DNA of 64,000 nucleotides from an uncultured delta proteobacterium (GTDB lineage Bacteria > Myxococcota_A > Polyangia > Polyangiales > Polyangiaceae): NCBI GenBank assembly GCA_963841435.1, contig CAWJCS010000004.1, positions 64,001-128,000 of the forward strand, written 5' to 3'. Below the pieces are notes generated by a model, which saw nothing but the letters and a program-made list of their open reading frames with translations, was not told the origin of the DNA and searched no databases. Shown one piece after another: positions 41,764-51,957 of the stretch. Positions within the stretch are counted from its first letter, which is position 1. Every line of letters starts with the position of its first letter. The position numbers and the translations under genes were made by a program.

Positions 41764-43625
41764 GAGGCTGGGTCCGTCTCGCGCTACTCGCCCCGGTGCT
41801 CGGTGCCTGCGCCGTCACCGAGGTTCCCGCGCCGCAGAGCTCCATCTCGCAGAACCAGTGCGAGAGCGACGCCGACTGCCCGGGTGGCCGCTGCGGCGAC
41901 GGCGCCTGCGTTGCCGGCTCGAGCACGCTCACGAGCTTGCTCGTCGAGGTCACGCCTCCGGCGAGCTTCGGAGTCCTTCCGAGCGTGCCCTTTTACACGA
42001 CGCTCGGCACCAACTCGAAGCTCTGCAAGCACATCGTGCTCGATCCCATCGTCCACCTCACGGGCACGGTCACGCTCGATCCGAGCGACTGCACACCGCA
42101 CTTCGTAGACCCCGAGGATTCCGAACGCCTCATCGACCCCATCGACGGGAGCATCCCGGTACAGGTTTCGTTCTCGCCGAGCACGCGCACACGCGGGCTT
42201 CCGACGCAGACGTACCGTTCGCACGTCGTTTCCCCGGGTGCCATGCCGAGCGGCAAGCACGGGTTCGACATCCAGGTCCCGCCGGGCGACTACGATCTCT
42301 ACATCGAGCCGTTCGCCACGCAAGACACGGCCTGTCAGATCCCGCCGCGCCTCTTGTTGAAACAACACGTCGCCGCGAGCGGTCCGCTCGACATCAAGCT
42401 CGCGGCGCCGTCGGCGTTGACGGTTCCCGTGCACTGGCCCACCGGATCGCTCGGCGACTGGACCGTCGAGCTCGTCGATCCGATCTCGGGTCGCGTGCTC
42501 TCGGCGCCTGCCGCGCTCCGCGATCCCCCGAGCGACGAGCCGAGCGGCGCGCTCTACCAGGCGACGCTGTCGTATTCCCATGTTTTTGCCTACAATTCCA
42601 TGGGTCGGCTCGCCCCCATCGACGACGGCAGCGAGATCGTGCGTCTCCGGCCGCCGGCCGACCGCGTCGCGCCCACGATCCTCGGTCAGCTGAGCGCGGT
42701 TGGCGTCGTGGCGGGCACCGCGGGCGGCATCGCGCTCACCACCCCGCTACCGGCCAACGTCCGCCTCGAAGGCCAGACCGCGGAAGCGGGCACGACCCGA
42801 CCGGTCTCCGCCGCCGTCACGCTCGTCGCGACGCGCATCGACGGCATGGATCAGCAGGTGTTCGGATCCTTCTCGCGCACGGTCCAGGTCGGTACGGACG
42901 GTCTGTTCTCCGAGGTCATCCCGCCGGGCGAGTACCTGGTCGATGCCATCCCCAAGGTCGACTCGCTGTCGTGCGGCGAAGCCGGCTGCTCACGGCTCGC
43001 GGCGGTGCGCACCACCTGGACGGTTGGCGCCTCCCCCGACGTGCAGGCCGGCAAGCTGCTCGAGTTTCCCTTCGCCGCGAGCGTCAACGGCGACGCCGTG
43101 AGCAGCTCCGGAGGGTCCGTCGCAGGTGCCGCCGTCCGCGCCACGGCCTCCCCCTTCACCCTCCCCGACGACGTCTGGAACGCCGCCGATGGCCGGTTCG
43201 ACGTGAGCCCCCGGGGTGGGGCGGGTCTCGTGCGCGCCGACGGCCTCTTCGACCTCTACGCGGACTCCGGGACGTTCGATTTCTTCGTCCAACCGGACCC
43301 GAGCACCCGTTTCGGCTGGTACGTACGCCCCCTCTTGAAGGTCGATTCGAACGTTCATCTCCGTCGTGTCACCTTGCCCTTACCCCTCGTGCATCGGGGT
43401 CGCGTGCAGGTGGGGGGGGCGTGCGACGACGCAACGCAGCAAACCGTCGTGCCGAACGCGCTGATTCGCGCCTACGTGTTTCTCACCCCCGAGGGTCAGT
43501 ACTCTGCGGTGGCTCCGAGCGACGGGGCCGTGATCCAGGTTGCCGAAACACGCGCCGACGATAGCGGCACGTTCGAGCTCCTGATTCCAGCATCGTTGGA
43601 CTCACCCGAGCTGCCCTCGCCGTGA
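41760..43625 (+). CDS. Hypothetical beta-sandwich-rich lipoprotein
   Basis: Lipobox LGAC; CESDADCPGGRCGDGAC motif; repeated G.F...PPG.Y units. Confidence 0.75.
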   Translation: MRGWVRLALLAPVLGACAVTEVPAPQSSISQNQCESDADCPGGRCGDGACVAGSSTLTSLLVEVTPPASFGVLPSVPFYTTLGTNSKLCKHIVLDPIVHLTGTVTLDPSDCTPHFVDPEDSERLIDPIDGSIPVQVSFSPSTRTRGLPTQTYRSHVVSPGAMPSGKHGFDIQVPPGDYDLYIEPFATQDTACQIPPRLLLKQHVAASGPLDIKLAAPSALTVPVHWPTGSLGDWTVELVDPISGRVLSAPAALRDPPSDEPSGALYQATLSYSHVFAYNSMGRLAPIDDGSEIVRLRPPADRVAPTILGQLSAVGVVAGTAGGIALTTPLPANVRLEGQTAEAGTTRPVSAAVTLVATRIDGMDQQVFGSFSRTVQVGTDGLFSEVIPPGEYLVDAIPKVDSLSCGEAGCSRLAAVRTTWTVGASPDVQAGKLLEFPFAASVNGDAVSSSGGSVAGAAVRATASPFTLPDDVWNAADGRFDVSPRGGAGLVRADGLFDLYADSGTFDFFVQPDPSTRFGWYVRPLLKVDSNVHLRRVTLPLPLVHRGRVQVGGACDDATQQTVVPNALIRAYVFLTPEGQYSAVAPSDGAVIQVAETRADDSGTFELLIPASLDSPELPSP

Positions 43626-43695
43626 CCCGGCGGCCCGCGTACCGCTGACAGCGAAAGAGCTAGCGGGAGCGCAAAGCCGCGCCTACCCTTGTCTC

Positions 43696-44823
43696 GTGAA
43701 ACGCTCGACCGCGCCGGCGAGCCCGCGGGAAGATCCTCCGAGTGGGGTGCATCCTGATCTAGCGGGCGCTCTGCACGAGGTGTCGAACGCGCTCACGGTC
43801 GTGCTCGGATGGCTCGACGTGGCGAGGCAACGCATGCCCGCGGGGCCCGCGCGCGATGCCGTCGAGGTTGCACGCACGCACGCGCATCTCGGACATCGCA
43901 TCGCGCGCTCTGCGATTGGCGCCGAGCTGCCCGCGCGCGGTAGCAGCCGCCGCCCCGCCCGCTCCGTGGCCCGCGCGGCCGTCATGGCGGTCAGCCCGCA
44001 GGCTGAAGGGCGTGGGGTGACGCTGGTTTTGGAGGAAGGCAGCGACGGTCACGGCCTCGTGCGCGACGTGGGCGCCGTGCTGCAGATCCTCACCAACTTG
44101 CTCCTCAACGCCATCTCGTTCACGCCGCCCGGAAAATCGGTGAGCGTCTCCATTCGCGAGGACGGTCCGACGGTCGTGTTCGCCGTGCGTGACGAAGGGC
44201 CGGGCATCGACGAGGTTCGCGCCGCCTCGCTGTTCTCGAGCTCGGCTTCGACGCGGGAGGGCGGTGCGGGTCTCGGCCTGCGTCATTCGGCCGACCTCGC
44301 GCGCAGCCACGGCGGCACGCTCGAGCTCGCTTCTCGCGGCCCCGGTGCCGTTTTCGAGCTTTCGTGGCTCGTGGGTGAAGCGCTGTCGCAAGCCGGGCGC
44401 GCGCTGCCGCCCCGCCAGCCGAGCGTTGCGGGCGCGCGCGTGCTCGTCGTGGAAGACGACGCGGCCGTGCGCTCGCTCGTCGAGTTCGCGCTCGAGGCCC
44501 GTGGCGCGCAAGCCATCGTCGTCGCGAGCGGTGACGAGTTCGATTCCATCGTCACGGCAGGCGCGCCGTTCGACGCCGCGCTCGTCAACTTGTCGCCGCT
44601 CGAAGGACGCGCGACGCAGGCGCTCGAGATCCTCAAGGCGACGAGCCCGTCGATCGTCACCATTCTCATTAGTGGCGTCGCGGGGGGCGTGCCGCCGGGC
44701 GCGGAAACCCTGGTCTCCGCGTGGGTGCGCAAGCCTTTTGAGATGTCGGAAGTACTGAGCGTGATGGGCACGCTGCTCGCCTCTCCTCGAGGCAAGCTCG
44801 ATTCCGTTCCGATCCTCGACTAG
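43696..44823 (+). CDS. Sensor-less hybrid histidine kinase / receiver protein
   Basis: H-box LHEVSNAL, N-box NLLLNA, DEGPGI, GAGLGL; receiver VLVVEDD..ISG..RKPF. Confidence 0.9.
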   Translation: MKRSTAPASPREDPPSGVHPDLAGALHEVSNALTVVLGWLDVARQRMPAGPARDAVEVARTHAHLGHRIARSAIGAELPARGSSRRPARSVARAAVMAVSPQAEGRGVTLVLEEGSDGHGLVRDVGAVLQILTNLLLNAISFTPPGKSVSVSIREDGPTVVFAVRDEGPGIDEVRAASLFSSSASTREGGAGLGLRHSADLARSHGGTLELASRGPGAVFELSWLVGEALSQAGRALPPRQPSVAGARVLVVEDDAAVRSLVEFALEARGAQAIVVASGDEFDSIVTAGAPFDAALVNLSPLEGRATQALEILKATSPSIVTILISGVAGGVPPGAETLVSAWVRKPFEMSEVLSVMGTLLASPRGKLDSVPILD

Positions 44824-44868
44824 CGGCGCGTCGAAGCGCGCGCTGCCGTCTGCGACCCTGGCCGGTGC

Positions 44869-46743
44869 TCAGTCTGCCTGCGCCGTGCTCGCGAGCGCGG
44901 CCGCGCGATCGAGCATCGCGACGAGGTCTCGTCGTTCCGCGGGCGCGTCCGTGCCGAGCGCGCTTCTCAACAGGGCTCGCGCATCGCCGAGCGATTGCCC
45001 TGAAAGAGCGGGCGATCCGCGCAAAACGAGCGCGGCTTCCGCGACGGCTGCCGCGAAACGCTGATCGGCGCTCGCGCGAGCGAAGGGAACGACACTGTCC
45101 GCGACGGCACGTGACAGCTTCTTGCTGGTGTCGCCGCCCGGCGGCTTGTACCGCACCGAGACGGTGAGAAGCTCCCCGCGCCCAGCAGCCTCGGTGGGCG
45201 CGCCCGCCGTTTGGTATTTGAGCGGATCCACGGCCGGTGCCCCAGCGCTCGCCGGAACGCCGACCGGCACGACCTCGTAGAGCGCCGTCACGCTGTGTCC
45301 GGCTCCGAGATCTCCCGCGTCCTTGCGATCGTCGTTGAAGTCCTCGTTCGCGAGCAACCGGTTCTCGTAGCCGACAAGGCGGTAGCTCTCGGCGCGCGCG
45401 GGATTGAGTTCGACCTGGAGCTTCACGTCCTTCGCCACGGTGACGAGCGTTGCGCCGCCCTGCTGGACCAGCACCTTCCTCGCCTCGGCGAGCGAGTCGA
45501 TGTACGCGTAGTTGCCGTTGCCCTTGTCGGCGAGAAGCTCCATCGTCGAATCCTTGAGATTGCCGTCGCCGAAGCCGAGCACCGTCAGGAATACGCCGCT
45601 TTTGCGCTCGTTTTCGATGAGGCGAACGAGCTCGCCCTGGCTCGTCGTCCCGACGTTGAAGTCGCCGTCGGTCGCGAGAATCACGCGGTTGACGCCGCCT
45701 GGCTTGAAGCTCTGGCGAGCGACCGAGTAGGCGAGCCGGATGCCGTCGCCGCCGTTGGTCGAGCCGCCCGCGCCGAGCGCCTCGAGCGCATCGAGGATCT
45801 TGTCCTGCCGGAGCCCGGTCGTCGGCGGGAGCACGAGCCCCGAGGCGCCGGCGTAAACGACGATCGCGGCCGTGTCCTCGGGCCGAATGGTGCGCGCGAG
45901 CAGCGCGAGTCCACGCTTGAGTAGCGGTAGCTTGTTCGGCTGATCCATCGAGCCCGACACGTCGAGCAAGAACACGAGGTTGCGCGGCGGCGTGCTCTCC
46001 ATCGCGATGGGGCGCGTCCGGATGCCGATGCGCACGAGCCGGTGCTCCGGCGCCCAGGGGCAGCTCGAAACCTCCGTGTGGATCGCGACCGGGTCCTCGC
46101 CCGTCGGGGGCGCGTCGGCGTACGTGAAGTAGTTGAGCCACTCCTCGACCCGAATGCTGTCCTTCGGCGGTAGCCGCCCCTCGGCGAGAAAGCGCCGCGC
46201 GTTCGAGAACGACGCCGTATCGACATCGGCCGAGAAGGTGGAGAGGGGATGCTCCTTCACGCTGAGCAGGGAGCTTTCGACGATGGGCGCGTAGGCCTCG
46301 GTGTCGAACGGCGCATCCCCGCGGGCACCGAGCAGCACGCCGCGCGACGGCGGCGACGCAGCCTTCATGGCCATGCGTCGCGAAGCACCACCGAGCCTGC
46401 CGTGTCCCGAGCCGTACCCGATGCCGCCACCCGACGTGGCGCTGCCGAGCGCCCCGAGGCCGGTGGGCGCGGGCGACAGGGGCGCGGCCGGCGCGGCTTC
46501 AGCAACCGGCGGGGGCACGGCTCGCTGGTTGTCCTTCGGCCCGGCGACGGCGTACCGCTTTCCGGTCGAGCCCTCCTCACCCTTGGCGCGCGTCCCCGTA
46601 CCGCCTTCCTTCTGGTCCCGGGTCGCTTCCGCGGTGGTCGGCGCCGGAGCTACTGTGGTGCAGGCGACGGCCGTGGCCAGAACGAGGAAAAGACAGGTCG
46701 TGGGCGCACGTCGGCCGCGCCCCGGCATAGAGTTCGGGTACAT
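44869..46743 (-). CDS. YfbK-like VWA domain lipoprotein (vWF_A + VWA + DUF3520)
   Basis: STFSADVDTAS, FLLDVSGSM, LATDGDFNVG, YRLVGYENR, FNDDRKDAGD. Confidence 0.92.
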   Translation of the reverse strand: MYPNSMPGRGRRAPTTCLFLVLATAVACTTVAPAPTTAEATRDQKEGGTGTRAKGEEGSTGKRYAVAGPKDNQRAVPPPVAEAAPAAPLSPAPTGLGALGSATSGGGIGYGSGHGRLGGASRRMAMKAASPPSRGVLLGARGDAPFDTEAYAPIVESSLLSVKEHPLSTFSADVDTASFSNARRFLAEGRLPPKDSIRVEEWLNYFTYADAPPTGEDPVAIHTEVSSCPWAPEHRLVRIGIRTRPIAMESTPPRNLVFLLDVSGSMDQPNKLPLLKRGLALLARTIRPEDTAAIVVYAGASGLVLPPTTGLRQDKILDALEALGAGGSTNGGDGIRLAYSVARQSFKPGGVNRVILATDGDFNVGTTSQGELVRLIENERKSGVFLTVLGFGDGNLKDSTMELLADKGNGNYAYIDSLAEARKVLVQQGGATLVTVAKDVKLQVELNPARAESYRLVGYENRLLANEDFNDDRKDAGDLGAGHSVTALYEVVPVGVPASAGAPAVDPLKYQTAGAPTEAAGRGELLTVSVRYKPPGGDTSKKLSRAVADSVVPFARASADQRFAAAVAEAALVLRGSPALSGQSLGDARALLRSALGTDAPAERRDLVAMLDRAAALASTAQAD

Positions 46744-46970
46744 GAATCCTCCAGGGTGTGGGGCCGGCCGGGCCGAGGGACCTCGGTGGCTCGGGATTGC
46801 CTTTCGACGCCCGACTCCCCAAAAAGTTTCGAGCCCGGCCTTCCAGGCGCCCACCCCCCTTGCGAAGCCCCCACCGCCTGAGCTAGACCCCCGAGCCCTA
46901 ACCTAGCTGGAGACGCTCGAACCTCGGCCCTTCCCGGGCCTCCCGAATCCCGAAAAATACGACTCCCCTC

Positions 46971-47054
46971 GCGAAGGTGGCGGAATTGGCAGACGCACTA
47001 GCTTGAGGTGCTAGCGAGGTTACTCTCATGGGGGTTCAAGTCCCCCCCTTCGCA
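46971..47054 (+). tRNA. tRNA-Leu (anticodon GAG), CCA not encoded
   Basis: Acceptor GCGAAGG/CCTTCGC + A; D-loop GGAATTGGCAGAC; anticodon arm CTAGC-TTGAGGT-GCTAG; long variable arm; T-loop TTCAAGT. Confidence 0.97.
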
Positions 47055-47070
47055 CTGTTCGACAACTGAA

Positions 47071-47664
47071 CACGCTGTTCACGCCCGGTGGCTCGGGGTT
47101 CGGTGGGGGGACTTGGAGCTTGCGGGTCACGGGGTCGAGCGCCGAGCGGCGATGCAGCTAGACGGGCGGAACCGTCTCGCCGCTGGCAAGTCCCCCACGC
47201 CGTTGTCGCGGTGAGGCGAGGGGTGCGAGAGACCACGCTGTTCACGCGCGGTGGCTCGGGGTTCGGTGGGGGGACTTGGAGCTTGCGGGTCACGGGGTCG
47301 AGCGCCGAGCGGCGATGCAGCTAGACGGGCGGAACCGTCTCGCCGCTGGCAAGTCCCCCACGCCGTTGTCGCGGTGAGGCGAGGGGTGCGAGAGACCACG
47401 CTGTTCACGCGCGGTGGCTCGGGGTTCGGTGGGGGGACTTGGAGCTTGCGGGTCACGGGGTCGAGCGCCGAGCGGCGATGCAGCTAGACGGGCGGAACCG
47501 TCTCGCCGCTGGCAAGTCCCCCACGCCGTTGTCGCGGTGAGGCGAGGGGTGCGAGAGACCACGCTGTTCACGCGCGGTGGCTCGGGGTTCGGTGGGGGGA
47601 CTTGGAGCTTGCGGGTCACGGGGTCGAGCGCCGAGCGGCGATGCAGCTAGACGGGCGGAACCGT
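47071..47664. repeat. 163-bp tandem repeat, 3 full copies plus a 105-bp partial
   Basis: Units start at 47071, 47234, 47397, 47560; one difference seen (47085); nested inverted repeats in each unit. Confidence 0.97.
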
Positions 47665-48928
47665 GGCAGCGGGCGGCGGCCACAGTTGCGCCATCACCAC
47701 GACCGGCGACCTCGCGTGCTGGGGCTCGAGCACGTCGGGCGAGGCCTCACCGCCGACTGGCACGTTCCAGGCGGTCGCCACGGGCGCCGACCACAGCTGC
47801 GGCATTCGGACGGATGGCACGCTCGCGTGCTGGGGCCTCGACGATCAGGGACAGGCGAGCCCACCAGGAGGGACGTTCACGGAGCTCGCGCTCGGCGCCT
47901 CCCACGGCTGCGCCGTGCACGCCGACGGGACGCTCGCCTGCTGGGGCGGCAACGTCGAGGGCCAGGCGACGCCGCCGAGCGGGACGTTCGAGAGCGTGAG
48001 CGCGGCAACGGCGCATTCGTGCGCCATCGCGACCGGCGGGAGCATCGCTTGCTGGGGGACGACTCCGAGTGGACCGACGCCCTTTACCGGCAGCCTTGCC
48101 TTGCTCGCGTCGGGCGGTGACCGCTCCTGTGCGGTCCGAGCGGACGGGAGCGCTGTATGCTGGGGTAGCTCTGCGCCTCCGCCCTACGGCGTTTTTCGTA
48201 GCGTGGCGATAGGGCCGTCCGGTATGTGCCTCGTACGAGCGGACCGGCAGCTCACGTGTTTCGTGTCGGGCTCGACGCCTCCAAGCGGCACCTTCGACGC
48301 CGTATCAATAGGGGGGCTAAGATGCGGACTCCGCACCGACGGCACCATCGACTGCTGGTGGCTCCATTTCGGGCCCCCGCTACCGCCGAGCACGTACACG
48401 GCGGTCGCCACCGGAAGGGATCACGTCTGCGCCATCGACGCGACGAGCGGGCTTGTCGCCTGCGGTGGGTGGTTCGACGAGCAAGGCTATCCCCACTACG
48501 ACACGTTCACGCGTATCGCGGCCGGTGGGGACCGGACGTGCGGCATCCGCTCGGACGCGACCCTGGCCTGCTGGGCGGTAGACAGCTACCAAGAACCATT
48601 CGACCTACCGAGTGGGGCGTTCTTCGATCTTGCGCTGGGCAGCCAGCATGGCTGCGCGATCCGCACGGGCGGGCTCATCGCCTGCTTTGGCGACGACACC
48701 TACGGTCGAGCCACGCCGCCAAGCGGCCAATTTACCCACATCGCTGCCGGCGATTACCACAACTGTGCGCTGCGCCCGGATCAGTCGGTGACCTGTTGGG
48801 GCCGCAACCTGTACGGCGAGACCACGCCACCGGCCGGCACCTTCCGCAATCTGGAAATCGGAGCCGACTATTCCTGCGGCATCGACACCGACTTCCAGCT
48901 CCGTTGCTGGGGCGCGATCGTGCGCTGA
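47663..48928 (+). CDS. RCC1/BLIP-II-like repeat protein, apparently 5'-truncated
   Basis: About 12 units of (A)G..HSC.I..DG.L.CWG....G..PP.GTF; starts mid-unit at the repeat junction, no signal peptide. Confidence 0.85.
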   Translation: MAAGGGHSCAITTTGDLACWGSSTSGEASPPTGTFQAVATGADHSCGIRTDGTLACWGLDDQGQASPPGGTFTELALGASHGCAVHADGTLACWGGNVEGQATPPSGTFESVSAATAHSCAIATGGSIACWGTTPSGPTPFTGSLALLASGGDRSCAVRADGSAVCWGSSAPPPYGVFRSVAIGPSGMCLVRADRQLTCFVSGSTPPSGTFDAVSIGGLRCGLRTDGTIDCWWLHFGPPLPPSTYTAVATGRDHVCAIDATSGLVACGGWFDEQGYPHYDTFTRIAAGGDRTCGIRSDATLACWAVDSYQEPFDLPSGAFFDLALGSQHGCAIRTGGLIACFGDDTYGRATPPSGQFTHIAAGDYHNCALRPDQSVTCWGRNLYGETTPPAGTFRNLEIGADYSCGIDTDFQLRCWGAIVR

Positions 48929-49191
48929 GCACTCACTCCGTCAGGTGCGCTCTGCGCACAACGTTCGCACCCGGTGCCCCGCGATCCCCCGAAGCGCCGT
49001 TCGCACGCTTCACGCGGGGTAGGGGTCACATGAAGGAGGCCGGTCTCGAGCCCTCCGGGCCTTCGGCCGTCACTTTCGCGCGCCGAAATAGCGAGCGCGC
49101 AGGGCCTTTCGAGCGATATCCCAAATTTCCAGCATTGTCGCTATATCGCAAACGTTGCGCCAGGCGCGATCGAAATGAGCAGTCAGCGGGA

Positions 49192-50963
49192 ATGCTCAGA
49201 GCACATGTGCGCACGTCCAAGCCTCGGAGCGCCGGGGGGATCGAACCCGGCGCGTTCACTCGTCGATCGTCCTTTTCACGCTCGCGGCTCTGTCGTGGCG
49301 GTGTGGTGGCGACCTGGCTGCGCCTCCGGCGCCGGCCAGTCTACTGCCGGAGAACGGGGGTGCGGGCGGGTCCGCGAGTGCCGGTGCCGGCGGGGGAGCG
49401 GGCACTTCGGATACTGGGGGCACGGGTCCGGGCGGCGCGACCGTCGTGGTGGTGCAGACGACGGGCGGAGCGGCGGGCACGGGCCCCGACCCGTCCAAGG
49501 AACCAATGTGCGGCGACGGCGCAGTCGACGCGGACCGTATGGAGGAATGCGACGACGGGGCCGCGACGAGCGGAGATGGCTGCTCGGACCTTTGCACGCT
49601 CGAGCCGGGCTGGGCCTGCCCGTTTCCGGGGCTCCCGTGCGAGGCGGCCGCGTGCGGGGACGGCATCGTTGCCGGCAAAGAGCAGTGCGACTTCGGCATG
49701 GCGCCGCCCGCCGGCTGCAATGCGACGACCTGCACGGTCGAGCCCGGGTACGCGTGCGACACGATGGATTGCCACGCGACGGTGTGCGGCGACGGCGTAG
49801 CCGAGGGCTCGGAGGGCTGCGACGACGGCAACCACGACTACGGCGACGCTTGCACGCCGGATTGCCAACGCGAGCCGGATTGTAGCGGCGCCTCCTGCGC
49901 GACGACCTGCGGTGACGGACTGCTCCTGCCCGGCGACATGACGGAAGCGTGCGACGACGGCAATGAAGCGTTGGGCGACGGCTGCTCCGCCGATTGCATG
50001 GTCGAGCCTGGTTACCTCTGCACGCCCGAAAGCTTGGCGCCCGCGGGCGAACTCGTGCTGCCGATCGTGTATCGCGACATGATCAACCGTCTGGATCCCG
50101 GCGGACACCCGAATTTCGAAGTCGATGCCGGGAGGATGGCCATGCTCGTGCCGGGCATCGTCGGTCCGCTCGGGGCACCGCTCGACGCCGACGGCAAGCC
50201 CGCCTACGCGGCCATGCCGGAGACGGACACGACCAACGCATCGAACGGCTGGACCACCAACGCGACCGACTTTTCGACCTGGTTTCGCGACTCGGACTAC
50301 AGCAAAACGGTGCTCGACACCCTCACGCTGACCGAGACGCCAGCGGGCAGCGGCACGTTCGTGTTCGCCGAGACGGAGTTCTTCCCGCTCGACGGGTTGG
50401 GGTGGAACGATCCGCCGATCAACGGCAGCGCGCACAACTATTCGTTCACCAGCGAGCTCCACTACTGGTTTCAGTGGGTGGGGGGCGAGACGCTCACGTT
50501 CTTCGGCGACGACGACGTGTGGGTGTACGTCAACAAGAAGCTCGCCGTGGACATCGGCGGGATTCACGGCCCCATCACGGCGAGCGTCACCCTGGACGAC
50601 GCCACGAACACTCAGCTCGGCCTCGGGCTCGTGGCAGGCAACGTGTACGAGATCGCCGTGTTCCAGGCCGAACGTCACGTCACGGGCTCGCAATACGAGC
50701 TCACGCTCAAAGGCTTCGACATTGGACGTTCCAACTGCATGAGCGTGTGCGGCGACGGTATCGTGACGCGGGACGAGCTTTGCGACGAAGGAACCGACAA
50801 GAACGTCGGGGGCTACGGGCACTGTTCGCCGGATTGCAAGACGCGCGGCGGCTACTGCGGCGACGGCATCGTCCAGGACGAAGGCGGCGAAGAATGCGAC
50901 GACGGCAACACCCTGTTGGGCGACGGCTGCAATTCGGTGTGCAAGAAGGAAGTCATCCGCTAG
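49192..50963 (+). CDS. Myxobacterial Cys-rich repeat (DUF4215) + fibro-slime/PA14 protein; start uncertain, probable 5' frameshift
   Basis: CGDG..E.CDDGN..GDGC repeats; YRD, FFPLD, HNYSFTSE, GDDDVWVYVN, AERH. The frame extends upstream through SIVLFTLAALSWRC without a start codon. Confidence 0.85.
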
Positions 50964-50978
50964 ACGCCGGCTTCCAGG

Positions 50979-51708
50979 TCACCACTCGACGTCGGGGAGC
51001 TGCCGGAACACCCTGCGCACGCCTTCGCTCCAGTGCTCGCTGAGCTTCACGAATTCGCTGTCACCGGGCTCGAAGCGCCGGCGATAGGCGACTTTCAGGC
51101 TGTCCTTTTCGTACCGAACAACGTCGATCGGCATGCCCACCGATAAGTTGCTACGCATGGTCGAATCGAACGAGACGAGCACGCACTTCGTCGCGTCGGC
51201 GAGGCTCGTTTCGGGGGTGATCACCCGATCGAGGATGGGCTTGCCATACTTGGCCTCACCCGTTTGCAGGTACGGTGTGCCCGGTCCGGCCTCGATGAAA
51301 TTGCCTTCGGCATAGGTGCGGAAGAGGCGCGGCGGCTCGCCCTTGATTTGGCCGCCGATGATGAACGATGCGTCGAAGCGCAGGGTGGCACGCTGGAGCG
51401 AAGGACCGTCTCGCCTCTCGAGATCGCGCGTCGCGTCGGCGACGAGGGTGACGCAATCGAACATCGTCTCCGCACTGTAAAGCGTGGGGCCCGCGTTCGG
51501 GTTCGCGGCGCGCTGCCGGAGCGTCGTGATGATCGCCTGCGTCCCGGCGAGATTGCCCGAGCTCAAGAGCACGATGACACGATCGCCCTCGCGCTCGAAC
51601 ACCGACATCTTGCAAAACTGCGAAAAATTGTCGAACACCCGCGTGAGTTCGCGAATCCGAAGCGAGCACGAGGCCGTCGTCGAGCAGCACCCCTACGCAG
51701 TAGGTCAT
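50979..51708 (-). CDS. Proteasome-type Ntn protease (Anbu-like), apparent frameshift near 51636
   Basis: MTYCVG..ASDSRTHAGV joins DNFSQF..SGNLAGTQ..GGQI..EGNFIE..GEAKYGKPILDR..DSTMRSNLSVGMP. Confidence 0.9.
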
Positions 51709-51957
51709 CGCTCATGCCGCGTGCGAAACGCGCGACACTTCCTCGGTAACAACGTCAACCTGCATTGGATGGCAATCCGGTATCCGGCTCGGATCGACAG
51801 GATACGGCCTTTTTTCGCAGGTCAGGGGGCTTTCGCGTCGGCAACGGCGCCGCGTGGCCTCCAGGCAAGTCCCGCGCCACCTTCTTGGCGCGCGGAGAGC
51901 TCGGCGAACTGCTGCGTTCTGCCCTTCGGTCACGTGCGGCAGCGCCGAGGTCGCCCC

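Noticed and set aside
47071-47664. CRISPR or other guide array
   Set aside because: No variable spacers, the unit is far too long, and there is no cas-like gene in the window.
47008-47683. Repeated 68-109 aa ORFs over the tRNA and array
   Set aside because: By-products of the repeat; no RBS or recognisable protein features.
51712-51933. 73-aa ORF upstream of Anbu as a transglutaminase remnant
   Set aside because: No recognisable motif; could be non-coding.
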